Shown here in pieces: positions 24,982 to 38,571 of a DNA stretch of 64,000 bases. The first letter of the stretch is position 1, and each line of letters begins with the position of its first letter. A program made the position numbers and the translations under genes. Below the pieces are notes generated by a model. The model saw only the letters and a program-made list of their open reading frames with translations. It was not told the origin of the DNA and searched no databases. This DNA is from Diadema antillarum (taxonomy: Eukaryota): NCBI RefSeq assembly GCF_040938485.1, contig NW_027270997.1, positions 248,001 to 312,000 of the forward strand, in the 5' to 3' direction.

Positions 24982-26761
24982 TATACATGGAATTGATAAT
25001 CAACGCAATAAACAAGGAAAAATAAAGAGAAAGAAGAAATGACAGCATGAAAAGAGCTTGTAGTTACGTTTAAACAATTCTGTACAAAATGGTCCCTTTT
25101 AGAGAATTGATATGTTTGTTTGTTTTGTTTGTTTTTTATTCAGAGAGATTCATTTGTTTTTGGCATTTTACTAGATTTTCAAAACGTGTTCATCGTTTGA
25201 GGGGTAAAACTGCAGTGTGACTATGAAGACCTCGGTGCGGAGCTTGAGCAAAAAACCCTCCTCCCCCGTTTGGCAATTTAAGTGAAACAAGTTCAAATCT
25301 TTGCATTCCAACTAATGAATTTTTTGTGTTTTTCATAGACGTTGAACTTGATTTATGTTTTCAACACTAGTTTCTATCATATAGGAAAATGTTTAACAAG
25401 ACAATATTGAATGAAACCTACAGTGCCTATACCCTAGTTTGGTATGGACAACAACTGCATGCTACGCTGGTGTAGGGATCACGAGAATTATTTTCCAACT
25501 GCTGTTTTAAAGACAACAAAACGGCTATTCTTGTAATAATCTCTTTATCTTCATAAAGAGAGACATAAGTTTGCCGGGATTATATAAGATACTTTATAAA
25601 TGTGTTATTGAACATAACACATATATACACAAACTGTATGTATGTGTGTATGTATGTGCGCGCAGAGAGGGAAAGAAAAGTGTGTCCGTTGACACGCTAC
25701 TTCGAGGGGTGCAAAGAACAAAGCGAGCAAACAAAAGTGTACCACGCAGGTTAATAATTATGAGTAAGATTGTGTTCGTAAATGCGCACGTGTGTGCTTC
25801 TAGCAGAAAGTCGATGTACTGTAATTCATTCACCCACAAGACATATGATGGGCGTGAATGATATAAACACCATGTCATGACAACAATATGATTTGTTGGC
25901 TCGGGGCAGGTAAAGTATGCACATTAGAAAAAAAAATAATAATGATAATAATGACAATAATAATGATAAATTACAAGTGGAAGAGTAAATGATAAGGTTG
26001 CCGTCTACGGAATTGAGATGACGGATGGCGGGCTGGTGGCAACCAAAATATATTTCATTTCTGCCTCCGCTCATTGCTCTCAGTGCCAATACCAAAAAGG
26101 AGCATGGGCCAGATTAAATTAAACAACAATAACAACGACACTAATGATATTCATACTAATACAAGATTCTGATTATTACTATCATTATATAAAAATACAC
26201 AATTGATAACAAAGATAAATATTCCAGTTATTACTATCATTACTGTGATAAAAAATACACAATTGATAACAACATTAAGGATGATATTTCCAAATCTATC
26301 TATGCATGAATCCGGGTAAACGCGGCTTGCAAAGATGTTGACATTTTCCTCCGTGAAACAGTCGACCTTGTTTCAATTGTTCTATTACACTAAATAAATC
26401 TGTTCGGACTCTCAGGGAATTGATATCACCGCACTACGGCACCTTACTACTGTCAAAGACTGTGTGTGTTTAGACGAGTAGCATATACGGTTGCCAAAAC
26501 GTCTCGCCTCTCTGAGCTGCGCCTGAGCTGTCTTCATGAACCACTGTCATGGACACGTGTCTACCGTAGGGTCGGTGTGTCCAATAATTCCAAAATAGTA
26601 TTACTGTATATAGGCCTATTATATCCCTTTGCGAATCGGATGCATGTCCTCATAATATCAAAACAGGTTAATCCGCCGCTGGCTGGCAAAGCAAACGTAG
26701 TCCGATTTCCGCGGAATCCTTTTCTTGTTTCTTTTGCTTGATGTGTCTTAATTTGTTTAGT

Positions 26762-29700
26762 TCAGTAGAAACTCACGCTCCTTTTAGGGGGCGCCGTGGA
26801 TCGTGGTAAAGTTGATGTGGACGAGGAGAAGGGAGAATCATGGCTTGCATTTAATGACGATAAAGAGCGCCCTCTAGAGAGGAAGTGACTATCTTGAAAG
26901 CCGCTGTCTCGAACGATGTCATCCACGCTGGCTCCAAGCGACGATTCGTTGACATCGAGCCGTGGTTCGATGACCTCCGTCCAGTAGCTGAGCTTTCGGG
27001 TCTTCATGAACGTTCCGTGGTTGTCAAACTTCACGATGTCTGTAGTAACGGAATCAGGAAGTCATATTATGGTTGGAGCTAATTTTGGTTTGACTATGCG
27101 GACTGTTTTTTTTTTTAACGAGCAGTAAATAGAATATACTTTTGATAATGTCTTTGTTCATCCATGCATGATGTTATTAGTGAGCTCTTCAGTGCTGCCA
27201 CCAATTTTCAAGAGGGCCCTGCCATTATCACTGTGTTTTATACCCCCAGCAATCCCAAGTTTATACCCTTCGTACACCCGTGTCGAATGGGACATTGTGG
27301 TTAACAAGATTTCGTCCAATAACGAAAGCACTTGGCAGCATCTGGCGGGAATCTTTTCTATTTTTACATTACCATGGTGACAGCCCCAACCCCTCCGGAA
27401 TTAAGGACACGCCATGCATACATATCGCTATTACGCAAAAAGGTGTGACTTATCATTGTTATTAAATGAAGGACAAAATCTACAGTGAAGAAGAAATCAA
27501 CTAACCAACCCAAAGGGACAGACAAAAACAGATAAACAAACAGACAAACGAACAAAAACGAATTTTCGATTCGAAACTCACATAATCCCGGCTCCTCGAA
27601 CCAAACTTCCCCGTCTTCAGCTACGATGTGACTGTTATACCGCTTCTCGTCCAAGATAACAACCTTTTCTCCCGTGTGTGTGGTCCGAGTGATACCGAAA
27701 GCCACGTCGTGAGACTCCGTCTTGAATTCGTACCTGGATATAAGAAAGAAATTTGATCTAGATTTGCTAGTCGGGTTCAGCGCACGAAATATACAACGAA
27801 ATCTTACCTATCTCCAATTTTGCTTTAAATCGTGTTTCAACAAACGTATTTCAACAGTAGTAGTTCAAGTAGTTCAAACTTTGAATAAAGCGTAAAAACA
27901 TATATCTTGATATTCTGTTGTAACATCATCGCAAATTTTTGTACGGCTCAGAAATTCGTGTCATTGTTTTTTTTTTTTTTTTAATGATGACACTTCTCTA
28001 ACGAAATTATAATCTTTGAAACGAATCGGCTGCGGTTTTATCATATAGTCCCTCTTCTATCAAACAAAGAGGGAACGAGAGAGGGAGAGGTTGTTATATT
28101 GAAAAGAGGAACGTAATTTATTATACACAAATTTCACCTCAGCGCGTCAGCTTGTGTTCAAGTAATGGATGTCTCTTGGCATATGCCATGCCTCAGTTTA
28201 TCGCAATAATAATGCATAGTCTATGGAATGAATTATAGGCAACCGATTAGTAGTCAATCTTTACGACCTCTGCACACAGTTATCCGATGCATTTAATAGG
28301 TACATATATCAAACATTAACTTAAGATAAACTGAACTCGCGATAGTAACAGCAACACCAACACTGTCAACAAGAATAATCACAACAACGACAAACAAGAT
28401 TCATCGGCTTGAGTCTCAATTGTTGATTGATTTGTGAGGCAATGACAACATTATCTCATTTTACTTGAATGAAAACGTGTGAGTCATTGAGTCATTGAAG
28501 TGTCATCAGTTTAGATAAAATCTCTGCCAGTATAGTTTTAGTTTAAAATTCAAGTTATTTTTACTCCGTCTCTACATAATCGATAACATAATACGCACAA
28601 CCGCGTAATGTGAATAAAAGTAAAGAAATAATCAAGGGGGTATACTTCTGATGAGCATTTGAGAAGTGAGACATTTGAGTGAATAAATTAGAAGATGGAA
28701 ATGGGTGAGGGGAGGAACCCACATGCTGTCTTTACATGCATATTCGTTTCTGTTCCCATGTTGCCGTATTCCTTACAGCCAGCTTGGACTTAGTGCGGCA
28801 ATTCATATGTTTACCCTGTCATTGTTATCGATAACCTCTTTGTGCACATCAAATCTTGAGATGATGGCCGTCGTTTCAATCTTATTGCTTTTCTTTCGTA
28901 CCTGGTGCACGACGCAGCGGAGTACGGAACGCGATAAAAGCTATCTATAAGATGCAGAAAATGCAAAGCGACAACTTTAGGGGAAGTTCCCTTCATCATT
29001 CTTCACTGTTTGTGAGAGGGAATTCAAGCAGTAGCCAAGGATTGATCAAGATAATTTCATTAATCATTAGCGGAAACAAACAGACGCTGCAATGCTCAAA
29101 ATGCAACCTGCATGGACAACTATGTCTGCTATTGTTCTTTTTTTTTAATGAAATGATACGAGGCATTGAGGAACTCAAATAAAGACAATGTGGGCATTCA
29201 ATACTCGGTAAATTAACAGGGTCAACTCCATGTCAACAAGTTATGATGACGTCAAGCTTTCTAGATAAGCGTCGTGGTATCGTGAAGTCACAGTACGCAT
29301 CAAGAAAGAAAAGGATAATCCAAATTTAGAGGGCTAATATTTCATAATTGTCAAATATGGAGAGCACGATCTTGGTTGTGAGGAAAGGAGAACTCTTCTT
29401 GTTTTCTTTGATACCTAATCATGTTGAAAATTGTCATGCATGACTGAGCACATTAACTTTTAAAGAAAACAATAACGAGCTGCACTTTAAGAATGTATAT
29501 CATGCATGACCCAAGAGGCGCGGGCAAAAATGAACGGGATAAAAAGAAGAGAAGAAGATCCAATGGTAAACAGAGTACAACCTCACCTGAATATGCTTCC
29601 AAGGGTGTTGACCTTGAACTTGATTTCTATTGACTTTTTACCCGGAAGTTCTTGCGTGGTCATCATTTCGTCGTGTTCGAGATTGCGACCTTTCCGGTAG

Positions 29701-32700
29701 TAGAAAGTCGGAACCTTGCCTCCTAGGTTTATCTGCAAATAACAAGCGTCAGACAGGAAGTAGCGGTTGTTTTCAGGCGCACGAGTTTGATTTGTTTTTC
29801 GCTGTTTTAAATGATATATATGACAGAGAAATCAACCTTTTCTTCAGGAAAGATAATACTTGGCGGTGGTAAAGTTCCAGATTAAACTGATATCACCAGT
29901 TTTGAGTGAGAGATTAAAAAGTAATCCTATGAAAATTTCTATGCCACATAAACATTGATAAACTCCAGACATGCCAGATGTGTTAAATTGATCTCAAATG
30001 AACGGTAGGTTCTGTTCTCAAACGCGAATACAATATAATTTGACGTCAGACAATGCAAGATTATTGGCAAAGGGATGTACAGTGAATTTGGTTACTAAAG
30101 GGACCATGAACATTTATAATATAAAACATCAATAGGTAAAAATAAGTAAATGACTAAAAATCCTTCTCATACTAGCAATAAAGGTAAAAATTAGAAGTTA
30201 TTTCAATGTTACAGACACTAATATCAATGTGAGGATATTGTTGAAAGTCCATATCATAATGAAGGTAATTTCCATACACAGAAAAAATAACACACAAAAA
30301 ACCAACCACCAATACCTTTCACCTTTCCTACTACATGTTCCACATCATTACTTCCATTACTACTATAGGCCAACCTACATACTGCTGCTGCTGCTGCTGC
30401 TACTACCACTACCACAACTACTACTACTACTACTATTATGTACTACTACTCCTACTACTACTACTACAACTACTACTCTACTGATTAATCACTGCTAAAG
30501 TGTCGTACTCGAAATAAATATGAGTACAGATGATAAGGTGTTTTTTTCTTTACAAACTGCCACTTTCGATGATTCGCAGCCCACGCTACTTCCAGTCGAA
30601 AACAACATCAGCAAGACATTAGAGTTTATTCCTTTACTTCTTATCACTCAACAGATACAGTGGTCACCGCTTAATCTGGGGGGGGGGGGGGGGGGGACAT
30701 GTTTTTTCCCCGTTAAAGTGGTGCTCCCGCTTATGCGGTTGCTGGTATTGGCCCGTGCAAACGACACAGCATGAAACCCAGTATGTGGGCAATACACTAA
30801 ATTATGCACAGTTATTGAACACACTGAAACTCCAATCGAAAGGTCACACTCATATCTAATTTCTGCTCTTATCATTTTTGTCTGTTTTGATTTGTTTTTT
30901 TGTCTCTTTCTGACGAAATACCAAGAGCACATGTCAAAATTCTGCTTTCAATGTGCATGTTCGTTTTGAGCATTTCCTGACAACAACAACAACAACAAAA
31001 ACCCACAAAAAACTGTCAGCTGACTGCCATTGTGATTTTGCACACCACCACGTGTCTACGAGTGTATTACTTCCTGCCATCTGGATGTGTACTCTTCAGA
31101 GACTCTTTATTACATTGTACTATTTTTGTCTCAATAGTTTACCTTGCTCGGGCACATGTTCGGATTGCCTCCCGAGTCGGTCAGCGTGCCACCCCAGTGA
31201 ACCGGAAGTACATCGGCGTCGATGTAATTCAGCAGGACGTCCCTCCAGTTCCCTGAACGAATCATACATGTCAAACATGACGGTTGTCATTTGTTTCAAT
31301 GATCTGTTTCGGTCCATTGATCACACATTAGTCTGCCTTTGAGATAGATGTGTTTATAAGTATGTATAGCCAGGTGTAGTTTCAGCACTGAAGAGTGACC
31401 CTTCCCCAAAGTTTGATCTGGAAAGTCGACTGACATCGATTTCCTGATTTCGGCATGATTTGATTCTCCAAACATTGAGCTTGCAATTACATAATCGTCC
31501 CGATTCTACTCTACAAACAAGCAAGCAAACAAACAAAAGCAACAATAAACGTGTACCACAGCAACGATATGAAATTTGGCCGCTACATACAATACAATAC
31601 ACTATACTACAATATGATATAATGCAATAAAATATAACATAATGCAATATAATACAATGCAAAACAATACAATGTAGTACAATACAATGCAATACAATAC
31701 AATACAATAAAATACCGTTTGAGAGCCGAAGTCAAGAGTGAAGAAAATAAACCATTCCGCCATTAACGCTCAATGCAAAACACAAGTGTAGCAACATATT
31801 CTTCTGGAACTCCGCCCCCACCCCCCCCCCCCCCCCGACATATTTCTTATCTATTTATTTTTTTTTTACGAGCTGTAATCTTCACATTGAACAAAATTCC
31901 TAATTTTATGCGTCTCATGTCTTCAGGGTGTTCGACTTCCTCCGGATAACAAGTTGACGAATCACTAGGTATTCCCAGCCTGCCTTGGGAGAACACAGTG
32001 TCTCACTGTGTGTTTACACAGAATGTGACTGCATGCACTGTGAAGAACGCTGGACCTTTTGTTTAAGGCACTGTGTTCACAGAGAGTCAAAGATGTGAAC
32101 ACACTGTGAAGAACTTACTGGAAACACACTGTGAACACCCTGGGAACACACTGGGAACACACTAGGAACACACTGGGAGCACACTGGGAACACACTGTGA
32201 ACACACTGTGAACACACTGGGAACACACTGGGAACACACTGGGAGCACACTGGGAACACACTGTGAACACACTGTGAACACACTGGGAACACACTGGGAA
32301 CACACTGGGAGCACACTGGGAACACACTGTGAGACACTATGTTCACACTGTTGGCGTCCGAATTTGTTAAGACTGTGTTTCATACTGTGTTCTTTTCAGC
32401 AGGGCTATTTTGACACAGACAGATAGTTCAAGAGTTTGGTGTATTCGCAAAATATTACATTAACATTATTATAATATGATAATGTAATTATAATATAATA
32501 ATATAATAATATTACATTACATTAACTGGAAACAAGCTCATCTTGATCTTAAAGTACAATGCCTTTCGAATTTGCGTTAGTCTTTTGCAGCACTTTTTCG
32601 TTTGTTTGTTTGTTTGTTTTTCCAGGACACACACAGGGCAAACATATAGCACACACAGATCATTCTAATGAAAATATACTATGCTCCCCTGTTGAGTGCA

Positions 32701-35700
32701 TTCTTTTGATTTCAAAGACATAGGGGGTTTTATGAGATTACACTCGAATGCCATGAAAGCAAGAAACGACAGTTATGCTACTGATTGACGTGCAAAATAC
32801 GTATAAAGGTCTGAACGAACGTTCAAATGAGACTGACGCTAAAACCTTTTGAATATGTAGAGTAGGGTTCATCTCACGAGCTCGACACCCACGAGTTACA
32901 CGGCCTACGAGCTAGACATTGGAAAAAGGTCCATGAATCATACACCAACGGCTCACGCAGCCCAGGAGCTAAACACCAAGTAAAACAGGCTCACTAACTA
33001 GACACTAAGTACAATAAGTCCATACATGTAAGTATTGGGTCCTCGAACTCGACACTATTACGTACATAATTAGGCCTCTTGATGATATATTAGGTCATGG
33101 GCCTTAATTGGCTAGTGTATCGCTCGTGGACCGCAAAGCTTGTGGGCCTATCTTAGTTGATGTCAAGCTCAGGTATTGTGCTCTTATCTGTTCATTTTGT
33201 GTTCAGCTCGTAGGCTGTATGACTCGTAATTAGGGTGACTCGTGGGCATGCTACTCGTGGGCTGTGTGACTCGTGGAATGACCCGAGTTCGTGACGTGCA
33301 TCAGCAGAATAAACCTTTTACCTCCAACGACTTTGATCTTCTCCCTTGTCCCTTCGCTGAGGAAAGGCTTCAGTATGAAATAGACAGCTGGAAAAATCTT
33401 CGTCGGCCTGACGATGATCATCCGGTGAATCACTTCCGGATAGTGTTGTTCAAACAGACCAGCGATCTTATTTTTTTTTTTTTTTTGAGGGAGAAATTGT
33501 TAATGAAGCAAGAGTACGAAACTTAGCATGCAAGCAAAATACAGAAAAAATAACACATAAGTAAAATGTGAGCAAAGAAAAATGTCACATATTATTCTTA
33601 GTTTTCCATGTTATACTGTCCTACTTGCTGATGGTGGCTATACAGTGCAGTTAGAGAAAAGGAAACAGAAAAGAATTTTGTTTTTTACTCTTTAACTTCC
33701 TTTACCATGTTTACCTCACCCTGGACGCTAATGAAGAGAGTGTCAACAAGCGATGTGTTAATCTACATCGTGCTCTGTCGACATGATGGAGTATATATTT
33801 CATTATGTTTACTTCATAGAATGTGGATGTATGGTAGTAACCATGACAGTGTGATGATTGTGCAACTTTGTTTTCGTGAACATACGTGTATATAGGCATT
33901 TCCAAATGTTGTGGAAATTAATTCACGGCCTACAGGCAATAATTTTGGTGTAAATTACTCATATTTCACATGTATCAATTCTCTTACGTATCTGTATTCG
34001 ACAATTCGCAAAGTCTAATTTTTCATATGTGTGTAATACAATATAGGCCTACGTGAGGAATATGTAACAATAAAAGCAACCAAAGGTGAGTAAAGTGCAT
34101 TCACCTCTGTCATTACATTCATGCCCGGTTTCCACATGTGCGATGTGCCTAGATGTTCGAGATCAACAATCCACGTGATGCCCTCGATATGACGACCAAG
34201 CTGGATAATCAATCAATCAATCAATCAGATAATTAATCAGTCAGTCAAACAACTAGTCAATCAATTTATATTATTCAATCAATTACACAATCGCTCAAAT
34301 AACTAAACCACTCTATTAAGCAATCATTTGTTATTCAATCAAAGAAAGAACAGCTTGATAGTCGGTCTGACTGTAATCATGGTGATAATGATGGTGACAT
34401 TTATGCAAGGGTTGCCGATTTTAATCATGATATTGAAATCATTAAAGAATCAATTGATTGATTAATCAATTAATCGATCAACGAATTAATCTATCAATCA
34501 AACAAAGCACATTATTTAGGGACTCATAGGGTGGCAATAATGTTAATATCTGAAGAACTGCTACTTTTAATCACGAGGTTCATATCATAAAACTCATGTA
34601 AAAAAATATTACACCAAGAAAGGACGAAATCACACAATCGCTCAGAATAGCAAAATTTCATCATGCGCACAAATTTGTCCCTGCAGTATCATAAATCTAA
34701 GGAACAAATTTCACGTTTGCTAACTTTAGCTATTGAAAATGTTTCTGCATGGGAGAAGCGTTCTTGTTTGTGTAAAATGGATAGATCATAAAGTGAGAAA
34801 TTTTTATGTAGGCGCACTGTCATTCCAGCACGTTTTCTCGCATGTGCTTCGCTTTTTTTTTTTGCGTATAATATTAAAATATTTGTTTGCTGATTCGATT
34901 TATCCCACGTACTCCTGTTAGTAATGTGCTTGTTTTTATTTGTACTTTAGTCAACTTTGATCTCGTCCAGAGTAGTTTCAGCTGCATGCATTTACATGTG
35001 ATTCGGTTGCGACGCCTCAACCATGATTGTATAAAAAATGAACATTGTGATTAGTCTACGGTCATGGTACAACCACTGACTGGCGAAGATAACAGCATTC
35101 TTCTTCTTTCTTTTTAGCATTTCAGCGAGCAAGTAAACATACTTGAGAAGCAGTAATTGTACAATTTTCTGATTTAAGAGCGATAATTCGTCCGTTATCA
35201 AAAGGCGAAAAGAGCTGAAGTGAACCGTCACGCTCAAGCAGTTTAACTTACCTTTCTTGATACTGCTTCTTGCTCTTTTGTAAGTCGTTCTAGAATGTGG
35301 ATGTGTGTTTTGACGACATCCCCTGCTTTCACGGAAAATAGGATACCTACGGTATAGCAACGGAGGCATACATGATTGTATCTGAGTAAAATTTAGGTAC
35401 ACTGTACTCGAGGAAACTTGAACACTTTTCAAGTTGTTTGTGTGAACCATATTGTTTATCACCATGATACTGGAATAGAATTTAGTTTAGATAGTAATGA
35501 TAATGTAGCAGCACACAAACATCCATTTTGACGATAATTGCATATGTATGAATGTATGTACACTGTATGTACTCATGTATACGCAAAATATATCTTAAGT
35601 ATTAACAACTCTATCATCAGATCCATGTTATGAAATCATGTTGTATTTTTCTCGCTTTTGGGGGTGATATCCTTCCTTGTGTCACCCATAGTAGTATCGG

Positions 35701-37669
35701 TGTAATATTTTGTGTTACTGTGTAGAGCTTAGCAGTTATTACTTTTAGACTGCTTGTACGATGTACTTGCTAAATCGTCAGTGTTTAAAAAACAACAACG
35801 TACAGACCTTTGAGAGAGGCTAACTTTAACATTGTGGATGAACTTTGATCTTCTATGTGTTTTGAGTGCCGACCCAAATGGCATTGTACCCACTGTCCGA
35901 CGTTACTTGTACAGAAAGAATTAAACAAACTTCACTGGACCGATTCAAAACAACACAGCTGCATGTTCCAGAACTCTAGAAGAGTTTCGTATTGTTACTG
36001 TTAAATTCGGGCATGCTGTAGTTCAAATATGAAACTAGTATATTAGACAAACATTGTATTTTTTTTTAATATCATATTTTACCCTTTTTTGTTTGTATCA
36101 GGTATTATGTACATGCTATCATTATATAAATGTGTGTGTACTGTGTGCGTGTGTGTGTGTGTGTGTGATCGAAGTATGCAAAATGTCATACCTTTCGGGT
36201 CGACGTTGCCAAGGGGAGAAATCCAAACGATGTGACCTTCCTTGTCCAGTCCTATGGCGCCTCCAGGCCAGTATTTCAGGCAGACCTTGATAGGACAATA
36301 ATGATGAGGGGAGGACTTTTATTCCGACGACACTCAAACTGACTCAACTTTCTTTTACAGTTACCTTAAAATTCAGCTCACATTTATTTCAACTCAACAC
36401 AACTACTATGGTCTTGTGCACCTTGTTTTATTTCACATTCATTTGACATCCAAAGATAGGAGAAAAAAGCCCCCCCCCCCTCAAAAAAAAAAGAAAAAGA
36501 AAAGAAAAGAAAAGAGAAGTTGGGGCCTAAATCAAAAGGTATGATGCAGTCACTTTCCGGCCAAAATAAATCCGGTAACAAGACGATGGTGGCATGGATG
36601 TGACGTAGAATAGCATTTTTAAATCCGTTCAATGCAGAAACAATGCCTGAAGAAATAATGCTCTCAAGCTGTGCTTGTAGAAGTTCCGCCACCGTAATCA
36701 ATTCTTTTAACAGGGAAGAAGCGATGAAGTAAATAATGCAAGTATGCTATAGTCGTATGTATAGTAGTATAGTACCATGTAGTATATGCAAAGTAAAATA
36801 TTAATTGTTGAAGAACCCTGCCAGTAATAGCAGAATTTGCATTGATTCCCATATACATATACATTTAGCATTGTTTAATTTTGGGGAGTTTCTAAGGCAG
36901 ACATCATGTCTACATCGGAATTTTGGTCTCAGCACAATGGCTCAAGATTGACAGAGTTGGTTGATCGGTCAGTTGGTTGTCCCTATGATCAGCTGTTACT
37001 TTGTGTGACTAGCGTACCAGCATAATTAGTACGCTCGCTGAAGAAAATGGGCAAGAGATGTAGAACATGATAAGATATACAGGTTGTATTCCACTTTTGA
37101 GATAATCTGGACAAGTTTCTCTCTAGAAAAGAAGCAATCTCATACAAATGACTCTCATTTACACTCATTAATCAAATCAGCCTTATTGTCCGTCGCAAAT
37201 TTAAAATTATGTCAACAGCTACAGCACGATGAACGTGTGTGAGGATGACTTTGTTTCATAAAGCTGTTCGTAAACGAACAACGTACGAGCGACTGGTGAT
37301 CAGTTCTTGTGCTGAATTATGGAAATTCTGATAAGTATATCACATCAGAACTGATTACCAGTCGCTCGTAAGTTGTTCGGAACTTTACGAACAGCTTTAT
37401 CAAACACCCCAGGTTTCAGCACGGTGCTGTTAAACTGAAAGTCATTCGTGCACATTAATCTCGTCATTAATAATGGCCTTTTGACAAGCCTTCGCCACTT
37501 AGGCTTTTAAGGCGAAAGTGAAGGGATTTTCAGGACAGTCCCAGAACCATTCCCAGAACTAGGTTATGCCTGTCATGCATATATACATCGTTGATGTATT
37601 ATACCACTTCAGGAGGTTATGTAGCACATGGGTTAAGATCTATCTTATACCTCTCCTTGTCTTCGTTCT

Positions 37670-37712
<43 letters not shown>

Positions 37713-37807
37713 AGCATTGTCTTGTCACTCTTTATGTCACATGTTATCATTGTCCATGTCCTGTCCTGAATTTGTTTTCCTCATATAACTAGATGTATAT
37801 GTTTGTG

Positions 37808-37849
<42 letters not shown>

Positions 37850-38519
37850 TTTAAGTATATCTATTATCTCTATCTCTATCTCTACCTCTATCTTTATTTA
37901 TATTAATATTTATATTAATATTTATATGTATATTCATATATATATATATATATATATATATTCATGTTTATGTTTATGTTTACTATTTATATTTATATTA
38001 TTGCATATTTATATATATAACTCTAATATCTGTATGTACATTTATTTTTCATCAATTTTTATCACTTGAAAGACCAGCACATTACAAGCGCTGCCCTGTA
38101 CTGGGTCCCTCCATTTTTCGCTGAATATGTTTCAAACTAACCATGATTTTATTGAAATATCAAGCACATTCACTTCAAAGGAATAATATTGGCAAACTGA
38201 CGTCATGTATTTGTATCTTATCTGCATGATCTTAACAATATCATTCATGTTCTGAATGAAATAAATGGAATTGAACTGAAACTTTAAATAATTGAACTGA
38301 ACCTTAGATATCTTGTTTTATTCCGCTTTGAGTTAGCTGAGCTCAGTTGAGTGGTCTTATATAATTAACCCTTTGTATCTAACAATCTACTTAATCTCCA
38401 TTATGTAATCCATTGCCTATAAATGAGTTTAGACATAGTTTGGAAAACAAATCTCGACCAGTAGAAAAATGTTATGCAAAAGGCAAAATATATATATGTT
38501 TTTAACTCCTTTTCTATCT

Positions 38520-38571
<52 letters not shown>

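Noticed and set aside
32077-32426. Repeat array as CRISPR, or repetitive ORFs (VFPVCSQC)n as a protein
   Set aside because: The 11-bp units are contiguous with no unique spacers and no cas genes, in a eukaryotic intron; the ORFs are a by-product of a stop-free repeat.
33715-33762. 48-nt in-frame cassette exon (INTSLVDTLFISVQGE) in copy A intron 7
   Set aside because: The donor is good but the acceptor lacks a pyrimidine tract, there is no counterpart in copy B, and it would insert into the CRAL-TRIO core.
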